Below, one piece after another: positions 12,930-26,342 of a DNA stretch of 64,000 nt. A model generated the notes under the pieces. It was not told the origin of the DNA and ran no database searches. It saw only the letters and a list, made by a program, of their open reading frames with translations. Every line of letters begins with the position of its first letter. The stretch's first letter is position 1. The translations under genes were made by a program, and so were the position numbers. This DNA is from Camelus dromedarius (Eukaryota). The stretch spans positions 99,140,001-99,204,000 of the forward strand of contig NC_087437.1 in the NCBI RefSeq assembly GCF_036321535.1, written 5' to 3'.

Positions 12930-13900
12930 CTCTTCATTATTCAGTTAAAAAAAAGATTCAGTTTTGGGAAGATGGAGGAAGTGGCCTGAATTTCAATTCT
13001 TCAGTTCAGAGTCTTTCCACAAATAAAGAGAAAGAAAGCCAGCTGGAAAGAGTGGTAATCTGAGAACAGCAGGCAAAACCCGTGGGGGTCTCAGAATCGA
13101 ATCTACTGGTTAGTAGGTTGGGACTCTGTGAGGTCTTGATTCCAAAAAATAAAAACTCCCTTTCAGGTCAAAGTCTTGATTGAACCAGGAGAAAATTCTG
13201 GGACTAGAATCCTAACTGAACAGGACAATGACAAGTTCAAAGGAAAATGCTGATCTGCAACTCAGGGGACAGCAAACTTTTTCTTTAAAGGACCAGATAG
13301 TAAATTTGCCAGCTTTATAGTGGGCCACTTGCATCTCTGTTTCATCTTCCTTCATTCTTTCCTCCTCTCTTCCTTCCTTTCCTTTCTCTTTCCTTTTTCC
13401 TCCCTACAATGTTCTAAAAACATGAAAAGCATTCTTAGCTTGAGGGCGGTACAAAGACAGGCCAGAGACCTATACCTGGTCCGTAGGTGGTGGTTTGCCA
13501 CCCTTGGCCTAGGTGAACAGTGAGAGAGGGAGCCAAAGGAAGAGCATCTCAGAAAACAGGACTCTGTCATTTCAGCCACCTTGAGAAAACAGCAAAAGTG
13601 GGCGCTCTCGAGCCGTGAAGTTGGAAAAAGATAGCAGAGCTCATCTCTTCTTTCAGAAAAGACTAGAACGCTCATTTGACTGAAAACTGAAGAATAGAAA
13701 AAGGTGAGTTGAATCTCGTGCCAATTTAATACAGGAAAAGGAGTCAGGAGCTCCAGAGCATCTCAACAGATTAGGAAAATTCTCAAGAGACATGCCCTCA
13801 AAGACATGAGAACGGTAACCTAACATTTCAAAACAGATACATTAAAAATAGAATAGAGAATATGGATAAACAACATAAACTAGAATGATGAAAATGCAGA
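12930..13900 (+). mobile_element. Ancient L1 5' region remnant interrupted by MER58
   Basis: Purine-rich L1-like 5' UTR to ORF1 composition. Highly diverged. Confidence 0.4.
13263..13506 (-). mobile_element. MER58 (MER58C-like) hAT-Charlie MITE
   Basis: TIRs caggggacagcaaact ... ggtttgccacccttg. Contains 'aaagcattcttagcttgagggcggtacaaagacaggc' and an internal TTCC/CTTT expansion. Confidence 0.85.
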
Positions 13901-16169
13901 AATACACTCCCCTGAATATACTGTTAGCAAATATATATGTAAACTGTTTGTTGAATGCTGATTACAAGTCTAATAATGTCGGCATGAAAGAGTAACCCTT
14001 CCTCTCTAGTCCCCTACCTCTCATTATGGAAAAGATATAATCAAATACTGGCTTTGTTCTCTGTTCCTTCTCTTTCCAGGTATTGTGTCTACGAGACAAT
14101 CTCCTTATCTTCTTTGAAGCCATCCAATGAGTGAGGTATCTAGTAAAATGGTAGGGATTTATTTTGTAAGGAATTTTATTGAATAGATCATGCTAATAGA
14201 AATGATGTTTATAATTTCAGAAGTTAGAACAAATAAGCACATTATATGGGTGAGATGGATGTTATGTCTTACTCCATTGTTGTTTTGATCAAATCTCAGG
14301 GGTGATTAAAATCTACTGAAATTCATCAAATTTATCATTTGTCTGAAAGATGACCTTCTCTAAACTACCTAGTGCACTTAATCCATTACAGAATGTACCC
14401 CATTCTGGGAGGAGAGGAGTTCCATTTTTCTAATATTACCCTTCTTGCAATCAATGCTATTCTCAAGAGGATTTTTGTTTCATGGACTGGATGTTCTTTG
14501 TAAATTCTCAACATGACCTAATATAAAAATCAATGCATCTTTATGTAAGTTCATTTCTATTATTAGATCTCACTGTAGCTTCACGCTAACGTGTTTTGAA
14601 ATATAAGCAGCACCCTACCACAGGGCACAGCTTTTTCCTGGTAATGCATTAAATTTCATTATGGTAAAAACCATTATAACACAATAAAATCCACCACAGC
14701 TTTTAAAAAAAAAGTGTCTCAGCTCCAGCCGATTGCCAATAATGTTTGTGCTTTAATGGTCTCTTTACAATACTGGTCCCAATTAAGTTAAAAAGTGCTT
14801 TTTGTCCAGGTTACATCTCTATTTGTGATCTCCCCCCATGATAACGAACACAGATTTTCTGGGTTACCAAGGACTAAAGGAAGCGCTTTCTGTGAAGAGG
14901 AGTAAACAGCTTCTCTGGAAGCCCACATCCAAAGCGGAAAGCGAAGCAGTGCACACAACATTGCTTACATGATGGATCTGCATGAGCACTTTATTTCACG
15001 GGGTAAAGAAGAGATGATTAAATTCTGCATTTTGCATATTCATGAAGTAAACCCAACCAAATTAAAGAAAAAGGTGCCAAAAGAAGTCCTGGGGCATTTG
15101 AGATCTGTTTTATTTTAGTCCTCTTCTGATGGAGGCAGTGGTTAATTACCCTGCAACTTGGTTTTTCTAGCCATAATAATTAGAACATTCCAGCACAAGG
15201 AAATAATTTAGACCCTTTGAAGTGGTTGTAGAGGGACTTGCCCTGGACTATAATTTTTCTAGAATCTAGAGTGCACAGAACTCTTCAGTGATTGTATTTT
15301 CTATTGATCTTACTCTCCCACCAGAGCACAATTTCTCATAATTCTCACTTGTATTTGAAACTATGTGGCTTTCCATTGATCACCTATGCTTTTCATTATC
15401 TGTTAAAAAATCTCACTTTCATGTTCTAGACTTCTTATTTATGTACTTGATTGAAATAGTCATCTTACATTTTCCAAGTTTAGACCAGCAAGAAGGGAGA
15501 CACTTTTGAAGCAAAACCATTATTATACATATTCAGGATAGGTGTGACTCAGCAAGTTTGCAGAAATTCTTTGGGCCTGATCACAATGCCAGTCAGGTGT
15601 TCTCATGTTGAGTTAGAAAGTTTTGTAGAGGAATTTATGCGATACAGTGGAGAAAATAAATCTTCAAAGCTTCATGGTAAAATATCAATACTTAGCTTGA
15701 AGTATTTCCAGAAAATTAGACATGAACACAATAACCACATAAGAATGGTCTTAAAAGACAAGTCATTCTTGGATTGGTCACCAATTTGGATAATAAGATA
15801 TGCTGTGTCCTTTGAGGAGTACTAATTACAGTTTTATGCCACCATTGAAGATACAGTACATTTTTTGAAGCATTATGTAAGCATATACAAATTTTATTTT
15901 ATTAATTTTATTGTTTATATTTTATACTTGACATATTAATCATTAAGTGTAAAAGGGATTAGGAGAAAGACTCACCATAGACACAGTACCAAGATCCAAA
16001 TCTGAGTTATTCTTAGCTTTTTTCCTCTACTTCATTTGCTCCCAAACCACCCCACTCAACCCACCACTAACTCAATCTGTCAGCAAGTCCCACTGAGTCT
16101 ACGTCTGAAGTATAATCTATCTGTGCTCTTCTCTTTCTTGCTGTCTGTGCCTTGGTTCTATTACCTACT

Positions 16170-16290
16170 CAGTAGTCCTCAAAGTATAAACTCCAGATTC
16201 CCTGGGATGACTGAAACCCTTGCAGGAGATCTGTGAGATCAAAATATTTTCATCGTAATAGTGGAACATTAATTTCTTCTCTCACTCACA
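16170..16290 (+). mobile_element. Charlie1-type hAT transposon 5' fragment
   Basis: 'cagtagtcctcaaagt...gaaacccttgcaggagatctgtgagatcaaaatatttt' matches the Charlie1a left end as recalled. Confidence 0.65.
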
Positions 16291-16462
16291 TTTTTTAAAA
16301 CATTTTTTGTTGAGTTATAATCATTTTACAATGTTGTGTCAAATTCCAGTGTAGAGCACAATTTTTCATTTATACTTGAACATACATATATATTCATTGT
16401 CATTTTTTTCACTGTTAGCTACCACAAGATCTTGTATGTATTTCCCTGTGCTATATAGTGTA
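16291..16462 (-). mobile_element. Lineage-specific L1 3' end (camelid-type)
   Basis: Closely matches the 3' end of the L1 at 51231-51747 ('ttataatcattttacaatgttgtgtc.aattccagtgt..agcacaattttt'). Confidence 0.85.
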
Positions 16463-18297
16463 AGAGGACATAGTACATTTTTTTCAATGGTTAGTGTCTT
16501 GTCCTTAAAATTTTGCAACATCATCTTGAATCTCAGAGACACACATATACAAAATGTGAGTTACATCTCCATTGTTCGATACAATGAACAGCTTTTTAAC
16601 ATTTTATGTTCTGCTGTATAAGGCAAAAGCATTGTGAAAATCATAACCCTGATGTTAACTACTCATGGGGGACGTGGTGCAGTAGTTTTTATCCCCAACG
16701 TGGCTGTTTAAAGTAAGGAGGAACATCTCCGTGGCTGTCCCAAGAGGAATGTGAAGCTTCTCACGAGGAAGTGAAGTGCAAGTGGAGAGAAGCTCTTTAA
16801 ATATTTTCAAGAGCCCTTTGCTTTAGGGCTTCGGTGGAGATTTCGATGACTGTCTCTTCTCATATTCTTCTCCAGCTTTGCATCACAATGGCTAACAAAT
16901 TTTCCAGTATGGTACAATTCGTCTTGATCCTCATGAAGAGATAAATGAGAAATGGCCAAGATTATTTAAATCTATTACAAAACTACAGAGCATGAGATCT
17001 TAAGGACCAGAGCCCCTCCAATGAGAGACCTAGATACTGCAAGACCTTCAGTAGCTTTCGTTTTGAGGGGAACTTTTATTAAGGAGAAAGAAGATAGGAA
17101 TAGGTTTCAGGAGCCCAGTGGTTGTAATCCTAATTTGTCAATTACCAATGACATAACTTCAGGAAAGACCCTCAACATTTCCGGGTCTCTGTTACATGAA
17201 GGGTCAAACAGAGGAATTTCTCAGGCAACCTTCCATTATAACATTCTGTGAGTGGTTTTTGTTATATTGGTTAGAAGATTTTTATATATTTTAGTTTATA
17301 AAAAAAGATCACATTTTTATTTTATGCAGTTCACCTAAGGAAATTTATAAAGAGATGAAGACACAGCCTAAAATAACTCTAGAGAGTTAGGCCATGTCTC
17401 TCCACATCTCTTCTGGATTTTTTACAGATGTCTTTAAGAGATTAAAGAGAGAAAAATCAGAAGAACATCAGTGTTGTTCAGTTACATATCTTTCAGTGTC
17501 AAAGAATTTTTTAACATTTTGAAGACATTCTTCACCAGGATTCTTGACTGGTCATGGATTGTTATTAAATTTATCATTTTTTCCAGAAAAAGAATGACTT
17601 TTATGCTAATCAGTGTTCTTTGTTCAATTCCTGGACAAAACTCCTAGCTCTTCAATAACAGGCTTTTCTAATTCTGTTTTGTAATTGCAGTAAGGCCTCT
17701 CTGAGAATTTATCTCTCCTGATGCACGCCAGCAGTATGTGGCCTTTTCTTGAACCCATCAGAATTGTGACTTTTCTTTGAACTCTTGGCTGCTTGGTGCT
17801 ACTGACCTTGCTGCTCGTTTATAGCTTGGGTGCCATTTATCACTCCCAGACTTACAGATATTGTTGTGGAAAGAGACTGAATGCAATCATTCATGCCATT
17901 GCCTCTTTCTAGTGGTGCCTTCCAGCTTCCTTCCTTACAGGATAACTGATAGGGAGAGATTAGTGACAAAGCTGTAATTCTACTGTGGGATTGTGATGTA
18001 ACTGTATCATAAACCATGAAGTGAGACTCAAGAGGTTTGAGATCACGAATGCTGAGATTAAGTTACAGCAGCCACAGTCAATCTCTGTCAATATGTGTTT
18101 TGTGATGGTTTGTAATCTGCCTGTAAAATATTAGCTACCTGTAGAAAATACCTTTTTTTCCCCTAGTATTGACTTTATTATATAGCTTCTGCAATTTCAG
18201 AGCTTAAGAGAAATATTGATTTTTATTTTTACAAATACATACAGACATTTTACAGGCGATTAAGAAAACTTGCTCTTTGATTTGGTGATACATGTGG

Positions 18298-18680
18298 GTT
18301 TTTTTTTTTTTAAATTGCTGTATAATTGACATAACATTATGTTAGTTTTAGGTGTACAACACAATGATTTTATATTTGTAGTAACATGTTTTAACTCCGT
18401 GAAACTTTCCGTAGGCTTCTCATGCAACACTTGAAATATTTAGGTTTTAATATTTTGAAATTGAAATTTTATGTACGTGTGAAATTTTAAAAGATAATTT
18501 CTTGATGTTGGAATTCACCTAATAAATGGAACCATTTTGAAATAAACAATTCACTGGCATTTAGTACATCACAATACTGTGCAAACACCACTGCTGTCTA
18601 GTTCTGACACACTTCCATCATCCAAGGTAAAACTCTGTAACTATTCAGCAGTTTCTTCCCAGTCTCCCTACCCCCAGGCC
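18298..18680 (-). mobile_element. L1 3'-end fragments (L1MA-like 18298-18380, L1MB-like 18520-18680)
   Basis: Poly-T then 'tataattgacataacattatgttagttttaggtgtacaac'. Separately 'ggcatttagtacatcacaatactgtgcaaacaccact...tctagttc'. Confidence 0.7.
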
Positions 18681-19141
18681 TATGTATGAAAATTTTAACA
18701 TAAAAATAAATTAATTTATTTGCTTTTTTATTTACTTAACAATCAGAAGAAATTAAAGCCATTATTTTTGAATCCATGTCAGTTCATTTAACTTGTGCCT
18801 TTAGCAGCACTTTTGTAAGTTATTTTTGAGGGAGGAGTTTGTCCAGGTAACGCAAAACTATGAGGTTATTAATAAATATTTATTTGGTGTGCCAAAGCAA
18901 CTGGTTAAGCTAGTATACACAGATTTCCTTCCCACAGGAGTTTTCAGAAACCTTCCGGATATTAATAAAACTCTGCTTCTCTTTAATCGAGGGCCATATT
19001 ATACAACATTACCTAAAATATTTGCCTCATATTTCCTGGAGCATTCTGAGCCTATTTTTGAGACCTACTCTTTATCAAACAGTAATCTGGGTCTAATTGT
19101 GATACTGTTGGAGGATATTATAAAGAAACAGAAGGTTATAG

Positions 19142-19250
19142 TGAAAAGGAATATGAAAAGGAGTATATATGTATGACTGAAAGTTTATGTTGTGCACCAG
19201 AAACTGACACAACATTGTAAACTGACTATACTTCAATGGAAAGAAAAAGA
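19142..19250 (+). mobile_element. Short artiodactyl-type L1 3' tail
   Basis: 'tatatatgtatgactgaa...caccagaaactgacacaacattgtaaactgactatacttcaat' plus A-rich tail. Imperfect TSD aaagaaacagaaggtt / aaagaaataggaaggtt. Confidence 0.8.
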
Positions 19251-19424
19251 AATAGGAAGGTTTTATTTAAAGGGATTTATTTAAAAAAAGAATTAGACTT
19301 AAAGCTTATACAGACATCATACTCTTAGAGCAAAGAGCTGAGATTCAGGATTCTGAAATTTCTTCTACTAAATAAAAATAATAGCATTTTTAAAACATTT
19401 TTATGTATTCTCTATATTTCTATC

Positions 19425-19620
19425 AATAACCCTGAAAGCTAGGTATTATTGTCCTAATTTTATAGAGAGATAAACTGATGTGCATGATTAAATTATTTAA
19501 CGGCGGTCACATAATAAAGTCTTCCTTTGTGATTAAGTGATTTGGCCAATATGTCATAATTGTAAATGACAGAATGATGACTTGAATTCAGATGCCTGGG
19601 CTTTCAGATTCTGTAGCATC
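19425..19620 (-). mobile_element. MIR SINE
   Basis: 'aggtattattgtcctaattttatagagagataaactga...gacttgaattcagatgcctgg' is the MIR core. Confidence 0.6.
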
Positions 19621-22600
19621 CTTTTTATTCTGCAGCATCGCTGCATAAGCATGAACTTGGAACTCAAGTTTTCTGGGCCTTGGTTTTCAAATTAATCAAA
19701 ATGAAGAAATTGGATGATCTCTAAGGTCTATTCTAGCTTCAAAATTCTGTTGCTTCAATGCTGTACTATTTCCTAGCCTGTCTGAATAGGATTTGTAAAA
19801 AAAAGAATAAAAGAAAAAGAAATTTTATATCCCTACATCAGGAATCCCAAGATCTCAACAAAAATGTTAAAATACGTTCCCAAATAAATGAACAATTATG
19901 ACAGCTGACCTTCCTACAAACCTCCCACAACTCAGAATGAGTTATAGAATCAAGGGAGGAACTCTGCTCTGCTTTTATAAATATAGTTAAGACCAATGTA
20001 AATACATGACTTGCCTTTAACACTAGGGTGTCTTAGACATCGATCGAACTTGCAAAGAGGGCATGTGTGTGTTTGCCTTCCCCTGGCCCTCCTTGCTCAT
20101 CGAATAAAGGAGTCAGTTCTGGGGCCAAGGAGGTCTGTATCCAGGTGGGAGAGGAGAGAATGTCAGACTTGATTCACCACCTTCAAATCAGCTCATTTGT
20201 TATTTTATTAGAGGAAAATACTAGAGTAAATAGATTGGGTCAAACCTCAAATGACCAAATGGATTTTTTCTCCCACCTTTAAATTATTTTTCGCCTGTTT
20301 ACTAAGACCAGCATTTCTCTCCCTTTTTCTACACACATGCATCTCAGAAAAAATTCTGAAATTTCCCTTCTTTCTATGTATGATAAAATTTCTTAAAGTC
20401 ACAGTATCATTTGCACATTGTCACTTATGAAGAAGATTTTTTAAGCTTTATTTTCTGTGGTTTGCATTATTTACTATTATGGTACTACAAAATACTTTTT
20501 ATATGTTTTGTAAAATTTTAAAATAAATATCATACTGAATATATTTTCAAACTATGTGTCTCCCTTTCTCTCACTTCCCACCCTGATATTCTGGTATCGC
20601 CCTTCAATCTTGTTCTATACTGCAAATCTCCTCTTTCCAGGATAGAAAGTAAATTTCTGTTTTCACTTCATTTTCATAAGACTCCTCTCCATTTTTAGAG
20701 GAGAAATGGAATACAAAGAGTCTGCACAGAGGAGAGCTATTTGGTAAGTCAGGTCCTTGCTGGCTAAATGGATCACTGTGGGGATGGGAGGAAATGCTCA
20801 GAAGTTTTAATTCTTTCAACATTTACAGCTACTACAGAATTATAGCAGGTTTCAAGCATGTTCTGAAGACTGGTGGGCTTTAACTTCATGTTTGACTTTT
20901 ATGGTTATTAAGAGAATTATCTTTGAAAAAAAACGGAAGCGTCATAACTTCCCCCAAATCCTTTCTTAATCTTTTGATACTTAGTCATTTGCTTTTGTGT
21001 AATATCTTTTCTTCAATTGCTTCTGTGCATATAAGTAAAAGCAGTCCTTCAGAATCACTTTTATGGACTTTGTGAAATCCCACATCCTTTGCAAAATTTG
21101 TAATTTCACTTAGCAATCAATTTCCACTGTCAAATTTTCATGACTCCTGACAGAGAACTGATAGACTGGTTCCATTAAGTGGTTGGTATGATGGGCAGGA
21201 ATGGAGGTTAGCATCAAATAGAAGGAAAGTTTTGAATAGAGTCCAACTTTAAAGTTCTAATTTTATGATATATTTATGTTATGTGGCTCTATGATAGTTG
21301 TGGGTCAGAAAATAAGCATTCAGATATGACAGACATACTTTAAACCACAGATTCTTCTAAAAATAACTTTTATATATGTAATATAGTTTATTATTCATAT
21401 GTGAATATTTTATTCCTAAAAAACTGCTTATTTTCTTAAATATCTCACCACCATGATTAAGCATTCAATTACATTAAACAGCCCTCCCAAATTTAGCCCT
21501 CATCCATCCCCTAAGAGAGAGGCATCAGGAGTGAGTATGCAGTTAGGGTCATTTGTAGTAACTAGCTCTGGAATTTATCCTGGGGTTCACAGGCCACTGA
21601 CCATGGAATATGTCAAATACTTTCTGCAAGTAGTCCTGGATATTGACCTTCCTGTCTCTGGACACAGAACACTGCAGCTCAGCAGTACCTGGGGTCTATG
21701 AAACCCCCTTGGGGACATGTGGCTGGTTCTGGCATAGGGAATGGATCTGTGCAAGGACTCATAAAATCTGAATGATTTATTCAAAGCAAACACAAGGATA
21801 TTGCCCCCTCTGGTCCTTTCAATGTGGTGAAGGCATACAACAAGCTATCCTTGCTTTTCACTAGAGAATGTTTGTGAAAATTATCATGGCTAGTTTCATT
21901 GTCAAAAAGATTGATTTTTCTCATAAGAACAATTGTAATGGGTGATAAGTGTTATATTTCTGACCGAAGATCCAACATAAAACTAATCAGAGCAAAACAT
22001 GTAATAGCTATAAAAATCTACAATAATTTAAACTAGCAAGATCTCGCTTGAAATCATAAAGTAGGGAAAAATATACTGAACATATCTGTTCTATAAAGAA
22101 GCTATCATTATAGATTTGACTAAAAACATATAGCCAATTGTTACTAAGTGATTGTTTTATTTGTTTTCTTAGAAATTAGAAAGTATTCTTTGATACAATT
22201 TTTTTCCAGCTGACTTTAAAAGCTATCCAGAGAAATTTGAATCAATGCCTTATTTTCTTTTCCACACTTTTTTTAATGTAGCAAGCAGATGTGTTTTGCA
22301 AAAATAATCTACAGTTCCTTTTATTTTGCCAAGCCAGCGTATCATTAAATATTGAGTGTGACTTCCAGGGGTGTGAAAATTGAATAAGGGTAGTGGTGAA
22401 ATTTACCAAAAGCAGTTAGCTGATGGACAGTGAGAGCCTCATACAAGAACATTAAGGGAAAGCTTCTTGAAGCAGATTTTTGTGCTTCTTAGTGGTGGCA
22501 GTGTCAGCTTTGTTTATGGCATGTTCAGGTTACCAGACCCTCTCTGGAGATGAGATGACCTAAGGAGGCTACTAGGATAATGCTTTCCTGTAGACTCTGG

Positions 22601-22929
22601 CATTTCTTCCCTGACCCTCCTTGCAGTTGAGCACCTTGGCACCAGCTCAGTATTTACTCCCTCGCCATCTTGGGATGGACCACAGAGGGTTCTCTGACTG
22701 ATTCTTATGAGCCAGAGGCATTCTGCTCATCAATCCTGGCCGGTCACTGCCATACCTTCTCTGAAGGGTTAGTGTACTCCTTGCCCAGCCCAAAGACCTG
22801 TTTTATGCAGCTGAACATACTCATTTTAAAGAAAGAATTGGTGCACAATAAATGAAATGGGGAATGGGAGTTAGCTTCAGAGATCATTTTATATGTTAAA
22901 CCACTGAAGTGTGGGAAGAATCAAGTGTG

Positions 22930-23075
22930 AAATTAGAAGCCTGGTGTGAAGAACAGAACACTAGACTGGAATGCAGGAAAACGAGTGCTACTGATGGTTC
23001 TGCCACTGACCTGCTGTTATCTTGGAGAAACTATTTCACTTCACTGCATTTTATTTTCCTTATCTGTAAAGTGGA
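22930..23075 (+). mobile_element. MIR SINE
   Basis: 'agaacactagactgg...ggttctgccactgacctgctgttatcttggagaaactatttcactt...tttccttatctgtaaagtgg'. Confidence 0.7.
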
Positions 23076-23258
23076 TCTGTAAAGTGGACTTTAACAGCCA
23101 TGGCTGTATATTTATAGTTGGGATATGTCTTTGTTCCTTTATTCCATACCTCAACTGTCAATTGCCAAACATACCAACTGGATTAAATATGTATAAATAT
23201 TAATTACGCATTCTCTTCTTAGCTACCATGTAGAATTCTTTGTTTTGTTTATATCAGT

Positions 23259-23770
23259 TGTATTAGTCAGAGTTCTCCAGGGAAACAGAACCCACATTTC
23301 TGTTTACTATAAGAGAAGATTTGTTAGAAGAAAGTGGCCCATGAAAGATAATCAAGGCTAAGAAGTCCCCTGATCTGCAGTTGGAAGGCTGGAGACCCAG
23401 GAGAGCCTGTGATGTCGTTGGAGCCCAAGTCTGGAGGTCTGAGAACCAGGAGAACTGATAAATGGGCTCAAAGCCTAAGAAGAGACAATGTTTCAGTTTG
23501 AATCTGAAGGCAGAAAAGACCAATATTCCAGCTCAATTCATCAGGCAGGAAGATTTCCCTCTTACTCAAAGGAGGGTTAGACTTTTTTTGTTCTTATTCA
23601 GGGCTTCAACCCATGTTACACTGGGAAGAGTAATCTGCTTTACTCCGACTGCTTATTCAAATGTTAATCTCAACCAAGACACCCTTACAGACACACCCAG
23701 GATAATGTTTGACCAAATATTTACGCACCCCATGGCCCAGTCAAGTTGACACATAAAATTAACCATCACA
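23259..23770 (-). mobile_element. MLT2B-type ERVL solo LTR, full length
   Basis: Starts 'tgtattagtcagagttctccagggaaacagaac' and ends 'ggcccagtcaagttgacacataaaattaaccatcaca', both hallmark MLT2 termini. Degenerate 5-bp TSD tcagt/ctagt. Confidence 0.92.
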
Positions 23771-24699
23771 CTAGTCAAAAAGGAAGCCGTATATAATCTT
23801 TGGGGTTATCTAGTTGATATCTATTTTCTAAAAGGCTTTAAAAATGTTTGAGAAGCTAAAGACATCGAGGCATATGGATCACTATGAAAGCTCACCCTAC
23901 TCCAGAGGATTTGATTTTAATAAGACCCTTTACGTGGAGAGGAGGGCAGTTCATTTCTTTGAGTAGAGATTGGAGGCTCTGAAGTTTAATTTCCCCTTGA
24001 TAAAAATCTTTCATCCCTGATGTCATTTAAGCTTTCTTGAAACTCCTCATTTTATTCTCTGCCATCTTTCAGGTTGAGCAAAATTGTGCATTCATTTTCC
24101 AAAAATGCCTCCTTCAAGTTTCAAGAACATGGTCTCTTTTTGGTTCATCCTGGAATCGAAAACAAGCATACCATTCACTGGCTTCGTATTTTTCAAATAT
24201 ATCCTTCTTGTGGTCTTTACCTTTACAAACCCAAAATCTTAAGTTGTCTTTTTTATTTTCATTGGGGAATTTGTATGCCATATGGCTTATTTTAGTTGTG
24301 CTTGAGTTTCAAAAACTACAATTGTTATGGTACATGAGTAGGCGGAAATTGCAAGGAGGATGCTGGATAGCTAACTGGAAGAGGAAGATGGTGATTTCAG
24401 GGTCAGAACTTTGGGTTCATGGTTAGTGTGGTGGGGCTTTGAACTTTTGCACAAATTCTTGCCCACAGCCTTCCCTACCTTGTGAACACTGACTTATACT
24501 GCAAGAGTCAGCTTCAATATTCATGTACTTTGTGATGCCTTCCTTGAGCTTACCAAGCACAATTAGTGTTCTTTTCCCTACTTGAATAGCACAAATGTGT
24601 GTTTACTGTGAAGCAAAACATAGTTCAACTGCAATTAGTTATGCTTAATCTTCTGCTCATTGCAGTCACTGGAGCATTCTTAGGATAAAGTTAAGGGGA

Positions 24700-25532
24700 A
24701 GCCATTTTAGCTGTCATATAGAAATACTTTTTGGAATGTTTTTGATATAACAAGTGAGAAATTATAGACTCCTCATTGGCATTTTTTTTAATGGGAGAAA
24801 ATTTACATACAAGTTAATGAAATATGCAAACAAAAGCAAGAAAAGGTGAGAAAAAATTAATTAAAATTATTTTGACAATGAGAAAAAAGTTGTAACAAAT
24901 CATGTTCAAATCATACCTAAATATTTTATTAAGAGAGAGAGTTTTCCAGGGCAAGGGAGTGAATAGCTATACACTGTTACATAATCAAATTAGTCTAAAG
25001 AAATGAGTCATATGAATTCAGTGGAAAAAGACTTAATTTGTTACTGATTGGACAAGATTATTGACTTTGATGAGGATAACATGAAACTCCTAATGACATC
25101 AAAGTAATAAAGATATCTGTGACAAAATGATTAATAAGTCTTGTCAACTCAGAGTATGTGATATAGTCAACGTGCAGGAATATTTGAAATGCAAGCAATT
25201 TTATTTGTATAAAAGAAATTTGATAAAAGTTTTCCCAAATTGGGTAACAATCCTAAACATTTTGATAACATTACCAATAATAAGTTGTGAAGGTAAAAGT
25301 TTTCTAAAATTTCAGTCCTGAAATAATTTCAATAAATTGTATTAGAGAAAAGACTGAATTTGCCAATGTTGTGAAGTTTGTAATATTTTCAGTTTCTTAA
25401 ATTTTGCAATTTTTCATGATTTATCATTCTAAATATTCACATACAAATGTAATTTTATATTTGTAAGTTTATATTCTTTTTCATAAAGAAGGCCCCTCAA
25501 ATTTCAGGCCTTATAAAACCTGGATCATCATG
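24700..25532 (+). mobile_element. Zaphod-like hAT-Tip100 transposon 3' part with transposase remnant
   Basis: ORF 25127-25321 encodes 'FPNWVTILNILITLPIISCEGKSF', resembling the hAT C-terminal dimerisation motif (FPxL..L.I.LTLPxTSxxxERSFS). The end 'ggcccctcaaatttcaggccttataaaacctggatc' matches the Zaphod terminus as recalled. Left boundary uncertain. Confidence 0.8.
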
Positions 25533-26342
25533 CATAGAATACATACACTTCTAAGCACTTATTTTAACTTTGCTTTCTTTCTGTTAATTTTTTAGGGAAG
25601 GAAAAAGGACTTTGGTCTTTAAAACCTATATACCTAGTACAGTACTTGAAACAGAATGGTAGAAATTGCTTGATAAAGAATAATGGGATGTATGAGTGTC
25701 TGACAGATTATGGAACTGGTCTAGAGAGATCGTCTCAAAGTTGTTCTAAGAGGCCTCTGCTTTTCCTAGTAAAATGACTGAGGTATTTAGATGAAAGCCA
25801 TTCTATGATAGCAATGTATTATTTTGGAACATTTCGAAAATGTTGACTTGAGTAGTATAAATAAAATAATAATAATAAAATTGATAATAAAATTCTCCAG
25901 TGAAAGCATAGCTTTCTTTGGCTTAGAGAAGACATTTTTAAAGGTGTTTGATTTCATCCTTTCCCAGCTGTGACTAAAAGCATAAAATTCTGTCTCAAAA
26001 GTAATGATGATTATTTTGACTGCGAGGAGAAATTTGTCTGAAAAAGCCTTACACTGCAAGTTTCTTTTGACTTTGAGGGTAAATTACAAATAAACTCTAA
26101 TAAGATCTTCCTTTAACTTAAGAACATATTTAGACATGGATATTATTAGTACTATAACCGACCCTCCTGAGATGGTGCGCAACAAGTGTCCTCCTGCCTA
26201 ATGTCACTCATGCCAATATAACTAGAGGGAGACCAAGTTCAGGTCAGAAGCCAAAGGAAGATTTATTCTCTGATAAGAGAATAGAAAGGCCGATCTCCCT
26301 GATGGCTGTGGGCGGGGTTGCTACTCAGGGATCTTATTAGCA

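Noticed and set aside
21798..21818. CTCF-like motif (also ~3180-3198 and ~57778-57795)
   Set aside because: Each has mismatches at high-information positions, so matches of this quality are expected by chance.
24037..24426. 129-aa ORF or exon after the acceptor at ~24071
   Set aside because: Several frames are open but none gives a recognisable protein, and there is no strong donor.
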